DNA of 64,000 bases from Tubulanus polymorphus. Lineage: Eukaryota > Animalia > Nemertea. Numbering within the stretch: position 1 is the first letter of the stretch; each line of letters starts with the position of its first letter. The notes below the pieces were generated by a model. The model was not told where the DNA came from. It worked only from the letters and a program-made list of their open reading frames with translations, and ran no database searches. Made by a program: the position numbers and the translations under genes. Of the stretch, positions 15,825-29,355 are shown piece after piece. The stretch lies in the NCBI RefSeq assembly GCF_964204645.1, contig NC_134030.1, positions 6,428,778 to 6,492,777 of the forward strand, given 5' to 3'.

Positions 15825-18800
15825 CGGCCGAATCAACAATATCTCCATATGCATTATTTATTAGTAAGTGTAGTCGCGAATATCAGATGTAGACGTTAGA
15901 ACTGAAATGCCGCATAGTAAAAACAAAAACCATTTTGAAACAGAGGTCGATTCAGTTGTATTTTCCTTTCTTGGTGAATTTCCACGTCAATTGCGTGGCA
16001 TAATTCTGCCCCTTTTCGTGTTGACATTAGATTAATGATGCGTGGAAGAAATATTCTCAGTAACAGTTTTACCACTTTATTGAAAATTATCTTTTGGGAA
16101 ATTAATTTCGGATGAATATCTGCAAAACACGTTCGCAATATCAGATTAATTCTCCTCATTAATTCAAACAGAATATCTGCGATGAGTATAACTTGCGTAT
16201 CCTCATTTCATTTTCCAGATTAAAATTACAAATACAATGAGTTTATTGCTCCACAAAAAATTACATTTGCGTGGTGTACATCGCAATATGATTAATACTT
16301 GATTATATTACGTGCGTGCGTACTTGACGCGTTTGAAAACATAATAGCGAGCGTAAAGAAGTGGCTTTACGTCTGCGTAGGGGATGATAATACAAAATCA
16401 ATATTAAATGACAGATTAACATTAAATGCGATATGTATAATTTTGTTCTTTATTGTACTGTATCTCGCTTGAGACATTCATAGACATATTGAAGTGCGCA
16501 CTTACCGCGTGAATATCAGTAAGTTACACGAAACAACGATCAATTTTTAATTATCCAATACACGTGCATATTTTCTGGCGTGTAATGAGCTATTTGACAG
16601 TGCAAAATTCGTATTATCCATTAACTTGTTACCAGATAATTGCTCTTATCCGATACCGACGAGTAGACGACATTTAAAGTGGTTGCAATCAGTAGTTAGA
16701 ACAAACACACGGCACGATATAATTTTTTTGCGATTTTTATGTAAAACCGAAGTAGCGTCGTCCTCCGTAGAGCTAATTATTTTGGTAATCAATCTATGGG
16801 TTATAGGTTCGAATCTTGGAGGCGGCTAGGTTTCCTGGTCGACGTTTTTGATCGTCTCTAATGCGTTGTTATACATGTCGTATCGATGGTTTCCTGTATG
16901 CTTTCAATACCATACTCATGAATGAAAAAGCGAATGTTTTATTCCAATTTCAGCCAGCAAAATTCGCCAATAATGACGAATTTGAATTTAATAAGACAAG
17001 CATTGAATTTGCAACTGGTGAAGGATGATTTCACGGAAAAGGTTGCTACGACATTGATGGTTTGTTCGGGGGATGGTAAGGGGGGGGGGGTTAAATTATG
17101 ATTAATGTTAGTCATTTTAATCCAAAGTGGAGGCAATCGATCATGTACATTCGTTGACGAAGGGAGAAACTGGTGAAAACTGGCTGTCACGATATCATTG
17201 ACAGCCTCCTCGCTTTTGAACCCCCGGTCTAAATGTCTAAATCCTGATTTGTAAGATCGTATATATACGTAAAATTCCATATGCGCACATATCACTATAA
17301 GTATTCGCCAATCGTAAGAGCCGCCATAAGCATAACTTCGTCCCGTCTGAGAATATGTCTCAAATGTATAAGTTTCTATCTATGCATTGTAATAATTCAA
17401 CTTTATTTTACATATTCTTAACAAATCTCTATACAAAATTAGCGATAGGTTAACAATACATGTTCGAAAATACGTGAATGGTATTACCGGTTAAGCACAT
17501 CGCATCGTGACGACATAGCACACCCTGGAGCCTACTTTCCTACCTGCGATTATGAAACACCTACACTGTACCTACGCGGCGCATTTAGCGTCATAAGAAA
17601 TATATGAATAAAACTTGATTTTATCACTAATCTGGGAACTGTATTTCTCAGTCTTTCTTTCTACGTTTTATATTCAATTAATTGCAGCAATTACGCCAGA
17701 CTGCTCTAATGACAATAATCTAGCTGGAAGGTTTTTTTGTGATATTTGTGCAGCGATTGCGCACGCAACAACAACCACTTTATGCTTGTTTTCGTGCAGC
17801 CGTCGAGACACGCGTCCCGAATAAAATGATGGATTTATGCGACGGAGTGGAACGTATTTCTAACTGTCTACCATATCACTAATAGACGATCGTGAACATA
17901 AAAAAGATGTAACTCATGGAGAAGTTAATGCACGAATTGCATATTTTTTTCGTAAAATAACAACAATAGTACAATAAAACAAAAGAAAAAATAGAACCTG
18001 AATATACGCTATGGGCTAGTTGTGGCGAAATCTATAGTAGTATAGGTTTCTATCTTGAGGAAAATGCGATTGTACCCTAGCAATAGTCGCCATCCGTCTA
18101 GTTCCTTTTTATCGATTGAAAAAAATACGTTCGCAAATGCACAACGAGAACAAAACTTCATAAACAGAGCAAACACTTACCTGCTGTATTTGCGTTTGCT
18201 GTTTAGTTTCGCGTAAATATCAAATATCCATCGGCATCTGAACGTCGGAGTATCTCAGTCACAATACCACCACTGCAGACGTCACGGCTACCGTCATGTA
18301 TCCGAACTGATTCATACACGCGTAAAAATGGGCGGAATCGCATTCAACTTGTTGCAAAGCGGGTGGAATAGTTGAGGCGAATAGATAGAATGGGTATCCC
18401 GCTACGATAGAATTGCATCTGGTGTGATTTTGTATAATCTGATAAAACGTTCGACCGGTGCCACACGTCAGATTGATGATTAGATATATATATATATATT
18501 GAGTACGTTCACGTGTCGCCATCGTGCAAGAACAAGTCGTTTATTACGCAAGTATAGAAAAATGATGAGAAAAGAGAACGAGCCTTTATATCTTATTTAG
18601 TGCGTCCCTCATACACCCACCAAACCTGATGGGGGCGCAGCATAAGACTAGTTCAGATCGCATAAGATTCGACCTGATCTTCCGGCCGTAAGGAATCGGC
18701 AACCAGTCGCCGATTTTTCAATTGGAGAATTTCTGCGAAGTGTGAGTGTACTTAAGGTGTTTAAAATTGATCGCAGACCAGTCGTAAGCCAATCGGACGA

Positions 18801-21799
18801 GTTTTATTTCTTACGATTGGATCGGATCGGGACGGATCTTATGTGGCCGTAAGTGCAGACCGCTCGTTAAGTCGTGCGTAGCCGAATCAACAGCCACGTA
18901 TATGATCGTGGATCTCACGTCACACGAGTCTTGGCTGAATCAGCGACTCGACCTCACAATGTGACATTACGTACGAACCGCAGACGATCGGGTCGCGTCT
19001 GAGTTCAGCCGTTCAAATCGGAAATCGGAGTACAAAACTTTTAATAAACGATCGAACTTTTTCCTCGTGGAATATATATATCACACCTCACCACATTAAC
19101 GTGGTAACCTGGGGTAAAGCAACGTGTTACCCTTTTTGCCCACAGAAAATTTCTGTCACAAAATCGTAACGACAACAATTGGGGATCATTATCGAGACAT
19201 TCTATGAAATGCCTGTTGACAGAGACGCCGCGCCGCCAGCGATATTTTCCCAGTGATGAATAATTCAGAAAATTGAAAGATAATTACAACATTTAATATC
19301 TAACAAACTACACAAACAAAGAACATACTATGATACATTCACCAACCTATCCTCATCAATTATCCTAATAGTAGTTACCCGAGGGATACTTTATTGAAGT
19401 TGATTTAGATGGCGCTCCATTTGAAGAACAGTTGCACCATTAAAAAACCAAAGATCTCAAGGGCCCTTGTAGGGACTATCGATAGATATTTCAAAAAGGA
19501 TGCATTCAGTTTTGAAGTTACAATGGATACTTACAAAAAAAGTAAATTGACGCGCGCACCACAAAAACGAGCGCACCTTTAGGGTAAGATATTCGTTTTC
19601 GAAGATTTAAAGGTCTATAGCTCTCATTTTCAAGATAAAAAAGATATTTTCAATTTTCGTTTGAATGCTCATAACATCCTAACACGATAAAATGCATATC
19701 ACTGAAGGTGTGAATACGAAGAGTGTCGTCCTAAAATGACGCCGGGTATCGTAAAATCGGGTATAAAGTCTAGATATAATCTAACAATCAACTGTGCCAG
19801 TCGACATCCTCTCGGGAAGCCGTTATTTCATGACAAATTTAACAGCCATTCGACTGAAAATGATTTATTGTTTTCTGAGATTCGTTATCGGATCTTCGGT
19901 TGACAAATAGAGCCGGAGATTTATCGAGGTGAAACCGAAAGATTGCAACATACGACATTCATATCGAGCCAATCATAACAAACTAAACACAAAGATTGTC
20001 ACCGGGAAAAAAATTGGTTACTCGTCGCTTCGTCCCTCTGAAGTTGGGAATCGTTTGAATACCACGTTGCTGCAGTTTCGATGATGCGTCTACTGGTTCA
20101 TCAATATGCGATGTTATTTCACGCAGTTTTAACTTCAAAATCGTGTTAAAACGTTTCAAGTCCTTTTCATTTGCGTACCTCGGTATATGTTTTACGGTTA
20201 TAGATACATATTCGACAGACCCCACGAAAAACACGGCCTCAAATGATTCTTAAAACTTATAACTTCGTTAAACTCAAAGTAAATACAGTTGAATATAAAA
20301 ATTGACGTTTTCGTTTTCATCGATTGAAAAGTTTTATAATAGTTTCAAAAGTGCGTTCGTTATTACAAAAGATCCTAATCATGATTTGTGTTAGTTTTAA
20401 TGAGGGCTTTGATCGACAGCCTCATCTCTCGATAACGAATCTAGTCATCATTAAAGAAAGTTATCGAGGTTTTCAAGTTAGCAATTAATTTTTTCTTAAG
20501 CCGGTTCCTGGCGTAAATATTGCCCAACGACGTCTTCTAAAGGTCAAGGATGAGCCGAAACCTGTTAAAGATATAAGCGTCGTAAATATTGCCGATAAGA
20601 AAGAAGTCTGTTGTTGCGATGTGACGTTTTTCTCCTCTAGGTTTTGTCTAATCTGTTGTTGTCGTCGACAAACGCCGAAAGAAGTCCGTTAATGAGGTAA
20701 ACTTGACGAACGTCAGAAAAACTCTTTCGACGCCGCTTTTTCGGCTACAAATAGCTATCTCACGCGATTCGCAATTGTTTGTATAGAACTGCCAAAGACA
20801 CAATCCACGCAGAGAGATGTGCGTGTTTAAAAATTCCGACCCGGGGAAGGTTTCCATTAGCATGAAACATCCTTCCGGATACGTGATGACTGTGCGTTCA
20901 AAAGCATTTTGTCGGAGAAAAAACGCAAGCCAGCGTCCGATTGGGCTCATCTGTCATACGATGACGCTGGTTTCTTGGGAATTGCATTATTGTCGTATAC
21001 AGATTGGTGACATTGTTCCGGCCGGTGACATGATACGTTGGAAGTTTTGGATGTCCTCTCAGTAGCTCGTCCGTAAAAAGTAAGGTTTTTTAACTATAGT
21101 GACGCCAGTCCTAACAATAATGAAATGAGATGAGACCGTCGCTAGTGACCGAAAAAATGCTGCAAAACAACCGACAAACTTTGATAAACTATATACGTTA
21201 TCAAACCTAGTAATACGCCTATATAGAAATGACAGTCTCACGAAAATGTTAAGCTCAATCGTTATCAAGCCTTAGTCGAGTGAAACAATATACGACTCAT
21301 CCGCGGTATATGTTTATATTACCCGATCATAGTTCTCATTGATGTACATGCTTAAGTGGTAGAAATATATCATGAAAGTAGTTTTTCTGGCGAGTTTCCG
21401 ATCGGAAACTGAAAAAAGGCAACTTAACTTCTTCGAAGATCGGTTCAACTGAGGTTGAAGCACTTAAGCGTAATTACTAAAGTCAAGCATTGTCTCGCGT
21501 CCATACAGTACAGTTACATTTACTAATTGATGTTCAGCTACAACGAACACTTACCTAATGAAAAATACCAATCAAGCATACATGGCTAGATTTTCAAGAA
21601 CTATTGAAGCCATCCATTTATTTTTCTTTAAAAGCTTTCATAACACGAAATGAAATTTTCAAATCGAAGGCGAAACACCGAAAAATGATAAAAATATTTT
21701 TGCACAAGGAGGACAATTGAAATGTAAACTGTTGACGTGCGATCTTGAAACATGACAACATTTATCTCGAAAGTTTTCCGGGTAAAAAAACTTGACCCT

Positions 21800-22184
<385 letters not shown>

Positions 22185-25100
22185 ATCAGATATCGTTGTA
22201 CTAGATCACAGAAAGCAAGCGTGCAGTATCCGGAATCGCTAACAAATGGCCAAAAATTCTTCCAAGTTCGTGTGGCATCATGGATGAAGGGTAGATATTG
22301 GTTGCAAGCGAGGATTCGTCACCGAGTGGTTTTTTGGCACAGCAAACACTTCACTACTGATTAAACAAAAAATACCCTCACTCCGATCTTCCCTATCAAT
22401 AACGTCTGATAAAAATCATGATGAATTCAATCGATGGTCACTACACGGATATTCAGAGATTGTTAACTGATCTCTGAGAGACAGGGTGCATAGGGATTCA
22501 GGAAGTTTCTCGTGTCATTTGCCCGCGAAATTCCGCCTGGATTTGTCACTAATGAACGCGTTTATTTCGATAACATTTCATCGACCTATTTCGTGATGAA
22601 AAAAACGAAAATCTCGCGAGAAGTTTGATCTCGTTTGAAAGACTACTTTTTAGATTGATACCGTATTACCCAGCGGGGATTCAGATTGACAAACGGGGGT
22701 TTAGATTCACTGTTAATCTACGATTCGAAAATAACTTCAAAAGTATTGTAATCGTATATCTCAGAAGGGGTTCCTTTGATCGGTCAAAAGTGAATGCACG
22801 GGTGTCTCCGATAAGCCTACAGTTTCGTGTTTCCTATATAAAGCGGATTATGACGATGCCCTTATTCTGACTGCAGGAGTGGTGGCCAGTCAAGGAGCGT
22901 TTGGGTGAAAAAGATACATATGATGTACACAAAATGATTTTGTGCTTGATTACAACGTTGGCTTTCTGGCGAACCATCGAATATTCACTTGCGCTGAAAC
23001 TGAGAAAAATCTATTTAAAATTTTGAACTGTTTTGGTCGCTCTCGTTTCCAATATCACGTTCATTTATCTCGGATATCAAGTGATTGCAAGCTGATTTAG
23101 GTCCCTTATAAGCGTATCGAAAAAGCAAATACCAAAAATGATAGTTACCAATAATTTTGAACTTAAAAAACAGGGTTCCATTCGAAAATCATTTTAGATG
23201 AAGTGACTATATACGACGCAAATTCGAAAAAAGAATATCAGCGATTGTCATGACGGTTTGCCACGAACTGATTCCCCGCACTCGACGAATGATAGTATGC
23301 CTATATCTGGTATTTGGCGGTTCGCCAAAATGGATTTTCTTTAAGTATTATATATGTGTGTATCATATATGATGATCCTCGATAAACGATGTTCAAAAAT
23401 ATACCAAAGTTCTACAAGTTCACAGAGCTCGCGCGGTTTGTAGCTAGTTAACTTCGAATAAGCTGAAGGTCGATGCATTTGTCAAATGTCTAGAAATGAG
23501 CGATTTTATTACTTTAATGCGATCGTATTATTTGCATATACCGCGGTATGGCATATGGCCTTCATCAATTCTCGCATTAAGGCGCTAAAATATCTTACGT
23601 CAATACACGAAAAACGATTTTCTTGCAAATGACGTTGTCTTCGGCTTCTGGTGATAAATGACATCATCGTCAAATATCTAGCTGCACTCCGAGCTCGCAC
23701 TAATGTAACGAATAAAAAATCACCATACATAGTATGAAAGGAATAAATTTGAATTGATTTGAATGTCTTTCGCGGAGTCTATTTCACTCCGTCGGAAATC
23801 AAAATCGGTATTTCCCTAGTTCGCTGAAACGACTTTTTGTGGCGTATAAAATTCCGCGCTTTTAACACCGCGAGTTATCGGAAATTTCTTTTCAGACACT
23901 CAGGGAAACGAATAATGGGTGTCCAGAAATGAAATGAACGACCGCCCGAACGTAATAAATGGAAAATCATTTTTCGTGTTGTCAGTTTTATATAACGCTT
24001 GATAATTTTCGAGGGATGAAACGAGAACAACGAACGGAGTAAAGTGCGTAAAAGGAGACCGAGTTCTAGATTTGTTCGATGAAGATGTGAATTATTATTC
24101 GTTTTTGATTAACCGATATTATACCTCAAGCGGTTTTATTATTATTTATAAGGCAGCCACGCAGCAGCTGTCAAGTCTACTCCTAAACACCGTGCCGTCG
24201 TGGTAGTGGTATGCGTACCATCGAAAAAAATGATAATAAATCGTACACAATTTATCAAGTACAGCAATCATAGCCCGATTCAAAGAGGTTGAACGATATT
24301 TGGCGATGATGGTGTTTATTTGGTGGCTTTTGACTCGAATGAATCGACGGCAATTCTGAAATCGATGAACGACTATACACGCACGTCGTCGGCCAGACAA
24401 ACATCATCAAACTGATCTTTTATTCACGAGTCTGGACGCACCGCACTATTATTTCATATCGGTCGCTGATTCGCGGGATGAGGATGCGAGCGACCGCGAT
24501 TCTCGCTGAACACTCGAGCAGCCTATGTGTCCTGTAAGATAACGATGGTCTGAGAATGGTCTGAGAACATCGTATCTATATAACAAGTGGTTGCAGCTGA
24601 TATAGTAATTTTCAGTGTAAACGAGATTTTAATGGCGTTACCATGTATATTTGTCAGTTAAATGTAACTAAATAATGATTGTGAAAATGGGTCCTGGTTC
24701 CAGTTCCATGAAAAAGTTTAGGCTTAGTTTTTTGAATTTATTCTTGTCCTCATTGACGAAGTAACCAACAACAAATGAACCAGAATTGTTAGTTTAACTG
24801 AACCTTGAAATTCACGTACCATAAAATGAGGTATGATAACAGAGGCTGCATCAAACAAACGTTTAGCAACTGTTCCTACGTGGTAACAACCGTAACTAGC
24901 GGGGTTCGAACCTTCTATACCTAAACGGCCGTTCTATTCCTAAACGGCTGTAAGACAACTATAAACGACCTTGAGCTAGAACGTCTATTGATTTCCGTCG
25001 GTCTGGTTATTAATCATACTGTTCATTATTTCATCTTTCGCTAGCGCGTTCGATGATGTGTGAAGAGAATTAGAGTGTTGTTTTCAGCTCGAACAAAAAA

Positions 25101-27263
25101 AAACACCGATATCTATACATCATTGTGTCACCCGGGACGTACATCCGATTAGTCGAAGACAATTGGACGATGAATATAGCTGTTGAAGACAAGATTATAA
25201 ATCTAATCCTTTGAAAACAATACAACTTTCATCTCCACACTCTTAATAAACCCATCTGTCAGATTTTCTGAGATGAAACTTGTTGGAGGCTGTCTTGGCG
25301 ACGTTGTTGGCGACGGCGATTCGTTAGTTAATTCGCTTGATGTCTCATGCGAATTAACTTAAGAATTGCCGTCATCTTTTTTGAATAAATAGATCATATT
25401 TTTTGTTGACAATGGAAAAGTTACTTTAAATAAACAACAGGAAGTATTTTACAAAGAATGAACGAAAAACATATTCCTATCATCGATATGATTTAAGAAA
25501 GTACTGTTACATCAAAATGCAAAGCGAGTGAAAGAGAAATTGATTGTGTTAATGGCATTTCGAGGTCAAACCGTGCTAAACGAAAACAGTCGAGAAATTT
25601 TAACATTCCCGAGGGCGTCATTCGCGTTGTCGAGTGACTAAATAAACACGATGTGATTTAGAACGGGCTTCCGAGAACTGCTTAAAGAGAATAGCGTGGC
25701 CATTTTGTCACCTGGCAGTCGGGCAGTGGGTGGTATTCGAAAAATCTCCAATGATGACGTCCTCACGGCGGAAGATGGAAGTTACGGAAGCCATCAGTTG
25801 TCTGCAGATATCGGAAAAATGGCAGCTACAGATTTATACGAGCCGAATCGTTCTATGCGAGTACATCATATTGATTAGGATAATGGGTTACCATCTTGTG
25901 CATCCGTCGGCGAAAAAAACGAATAAATAGATAGAAGAGTAGAGGAGGACAGCAGATGTGGAATTGCTATATGTATTAGGGGACCAATTGCACAGATCCC
26001 ATTTACTTATACATAGATAGATAGATTGCTGGTATACATTAGAGCGCGTAAGAAGATTTATCCTGTCTGAGCTGTCAGTATTGACAGAATTAATTTCCGA
26101 CACTCATGCCTTTTGTTGTTAAATGGTCGACTAAACTACGACGATATGTTCTTGCTCGTGTTGTGTCACAAATAATTCATATTTCCACAGGTGATGCGAT
26201 ACCGGTATCTTAAAGCCACACCTCTTCAAGCGGATGCATACCTATCATATTCAGAGAATCCAGCATTTGTCTTACAGTCGTTCGGAAGTAGTGTATTTCT
26301 CATAGCGAACCGGCGAGCAACGGAAAATAACGTTAATCACTTTAGATAGTTTATTCGTCAGTTTCCCAGATTTTAATTCATTAAGAAAGTTAAGAATACA
26401 TAACATTACAAATAAACGGAACGGCGCCGTCAAACATGCTGTATTATACGACATATATCGTATATGTATATAAAATAGGCGCTACTTTGCAATAATAGCT
26501 AGATATATGTATAAAACCCAGTTTGAGCAAAATTGTAATATGTACTCATCAATGAGGTGGTATCTCATTCACTTCTCGAAATATCATATATAATACTTTT
26601 AGTTTTGATATACTGATATGCATTGCTTAACAAATTATCCATCACCCTTCAAAAATAAACCATATAAGTCCCGCCGATCAGAGGATATAGAAGACCCTAA
26701 GCTAAGCTACTCTCTCTGACATAGTCTCATCTTCCCTGTGTCTGATCTAAAAAAGAAACAGGGATTCGTACCTATACACGCTACTCATCCTAGATCCAGC
26801 AAACCTATTGCGAAACTTAGTCACTGAGGCCGAGGATGAGCCCACGGATAAGACGTCGAAAATATATATACCCTAATATTTCAATACTATATGAAGGGCA
26901 AATCTTTATTACTCTATATACTTTAAAACAATAACCATATGAATAGACTTTAAGTAAACAACTTTTACATTTAAAAAAACATCTAAGGCACGCTACCAAT
27001 GGAACAAAATAACAGATATGTTGGTGGTGGCTGGCATGAAACTATAGTCAGATTCAAACCAATTTAAAGCAACCAATTGCAACTACTGACTAGTTATATA
27101 CATAGTTATCACAGATTTGTTTAAAGCTACGAGAGAATAAATCACTATTCTCACTAAGCGAAAGGACTAGGAATAGCTTGAGAAAAACTCTGATAAACAT
27201 ATGCTAATAGTAACAAACACCCATACAATCTCCTACCAGGTATAGATAGATGGCAGTGACTTC

Positions 27264-27347
27264 CATCCTCCCTCGGTGGGGATTCGAACCTGATGGCATT
27301 CGAGCCTCGATAGTTTCCGTATAACGAATCTATGCCAAGGGAGGATG
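27264..27347 (-). other. tRNA-like/Pol III-promoter-like hairpin (degenerate tRNA or SINE head)
   Basis: Minus strand reads CATCCTCCCTTGG...CCGAGGGAGGATG (13-bp terminal stem with one G-U), an A-box-like TGGCATAGATTCG and a B-box GGTTCGAATCC. No canonical cloverleaf. Confidence 0.45.
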
Positions 27348-27777
27348 TTATTTTTCAAGCATATTCGAAAGTGGCTTACAACCGACGCTACAACCAATGA
27401 ATCTATTCACCGTGGAATGTCTAAGGTGTAAGATTTGAAATGTAGTAGAATATGGACTGCCTACAAGACAAGAAGCTTGCGGAATATTACAAATATTAGA
27501 TTGAAATTGATATTATTGCCATAAATTCTAACAAATAGTATACAGACATGCAGCTTGTTTCATTATGATATGAAACTTCAAAATCAGCATTTCAATTCGT
27601 GATGCTATAAGTGACACACTCTGTTCGCATGACATTGAATTAAGCAAATAAACATACATCATTTTAAACGATCTCAAATGAACACTCTGAAAGTCGTTGA
27701 AATTGTCGTCTATTGAAGTGACACAACATTAAGTGGCTAGTGATATGATAACTTAAAATATCTAGAATTGATATGCG

Positions 27778-29355
27778 TTAAATCTTTGGTAGCTGAAGAT
27801 GTTTTGATTGTTCTCTTGACGGTTGTCTGGATGGTCCACGTGATGGCTGCACTCTGGATGGCGCTCGAGACGAAATTTCCACTTCTTCGTCGTAATACTT
27901 CTTCTGAATGTCTTCCCACCATTTTTTCCGTTTGAACCAACCGAGGTTCTCTTTGCCGGCGTATTCTTTCTCTTTAAACACGTAACCGAAACTGGGCTTA
28001 TAACCGATGTTATCCAACGAGTGGATTTGTCCTTCGCTTTCCCAATGAAGTTTCTCGTCTAAGATTCTGACGTCACCGCCGTGAGGTCTGTACCCCACGT
28101 TGTCTAACGAGCGCACTTTAGCGTCGGCTTTCCAATGCAGAGATTCGTTATAAACTTTGACGTCACCACCGTGTGGTTTATAATTACGATTTTCCAGAGA
28201 GCCTACTCGCGATGAGGCATCCCACACCCGTTTTTCGTCCAATATCGCGACGTTACCCCCTTGGGGTACGTAACCGACATTAGCGAAAGAATCAACTTTC
28301 GATTTCGCTCGCCAATTTGGTTTATCATCGAATATTTGTACATTTCCGCCAGTGGGTTTATGATTTTTATTTTCTAAAGAGCCGACACGAGGAGAAGCCA
28401 GCCATTTTGGTTTGTCATCTAGAATGGCTATGTTTCCACCATGCGGTTTATAGTTGATGTTTTCTAAGGAATTAACTTTTGATTTCGGATCCCAGTGTAA
28501 TTTCTCGTCATAAATACTAACGTTACCGCCGGACGGAGTATACATATAGTTTTCTAAAGACCCCACTCTCGGAGTGGCCGTCCATTGCTGCCTTTCATCC
28601 AGGATTCTAACATTTCCACCCTGAGGTTTATGGTGTACGTTATCAAACGAACCGACCTTAGCATTTGCGTTCCATCTGACATCCTCGTCATAGATCTTAA
28701 CGTTTCCGCCTGCCGGTTTATGTCCAACCTTTTCTAAGGACCCGACTTTAGGTTTCGTATTCCATTCTAACTTTTCGTCATAGATTCGCACGTTACCACC
28801 GGTTGGTTTGTGGTTTGCGTTCGCGAGCGATTGAACTTTAGGTCTGGCGTTCCACCTTACATCTTCATCGTAGATTTTCACGTTACCGCCGGCCGGTTTA
28901 TATCTAACGTTATCCAAAGATCGGATTTTCGACGTTGTGTTCCATTGCGGTTTCTCGTCCAGAATATGGACGTTACCGCCACGCGGTGTATACTTAGAAT
29001 TTTCCAAAGAGCCTACTTTCGACTGCGCGTTCCAACGAAGCTTTTCGTCGTAAACGTCGACGTTACCGCCTCGTGGGGTATAGTTAGCATTTTCCAGTGA
29101 ACCGATCTTTGCGCCAGTGTTCCATTGTGGTTTTTCGTCCAGAATTCGTACATCACCTCCACCCGGCTTGTAATGGGCATTATCTAGCGAGCCTACTTTC
29201 GCCCGAGCTCGAAGTCGGTCGCTAAAAAGCGGCACGTAGGCTTGGCCTCCGCTGGGCTTGTGATAGAAATGTTCAGTACTGTCGTCATGTCGAATTTGTC
29301 TACGACTTGTGTTTGGTGATAAAAGTTGGGTGTTCTGGTTGTTCGTTTCAGCCAT
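27778..29355 (-). CDS. Tau/MAP2/MAP4-family microtubule-binding repeat protein, 525 aa, single coding exon, 14 repeats
   Basis: 14 tandem 30-aa units, consensus W-N-A-x-x-K-V-G-S-L-E/D-N-x-x-Y/H-K-P-x-G-G-N-V-x-I-x-D-E-K, matching the tau KxGSxxNxxHxPGGG repeat. Confidence 0.92.
   Translation of the reverse strand: MAETNNQNTQLLSPNTSRRQIRHDDSTEHFYHKPSGGQAYVPLFSDRLRARAKVGSLDNAHYKPGGGDVRILDEKPQWNTGAKIGSLENANYTPRGGNVDVYDEKLRWNAQSKVGSLENSKYTPRGGNVHILDEKPQWNTTSKIRSLDNVRYKPAGGNVKIYDEDVRWNARPKVQSLANANHKPTGGNVRIYDEKLEWNTKPKVGSLEKVGHKPAGGNVKIYDEDVRWNANAKVGSFDNVHHKPQGGNVRILDERQQWTATPRVGSLENYMYTPSGGNVSIYDEKLHWDPKSKVNSLENINYKPHGGNIAILDDKPKWLASPRVGSLENKNHKPTGGNVQIFDDKPNWRAKSKVDSFANVGYVPQGGNVAILDEKRVWDASSRVGSLENRNYKPHGGDVKVYNESLHWKADAKVRSLDNVGYRPHGGDVRILDEKLHWESEGQIHSLDNIGYKPSFGYVFKEKEYAGKENLGWFKRKKWWEDIQKKYYDEEVEISSRAPSRVQPSRGPSRQPSREQSKHLQLPKI

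Noticed and set aside
25712-25793. Possible minus-strand coding first exon (MASVTSIFRREDVIIGDFSNTTHCPTA)
   Set aside because: No recognisable homology and no downstream exon identified.
27778-29355. 90-bp periodicity as a CRISPR-like or satellite array
   Set aside because: The periodicity is at the protein level with synonymous divergence; there is no repeat-spacer structure and the context is eukaryotic.
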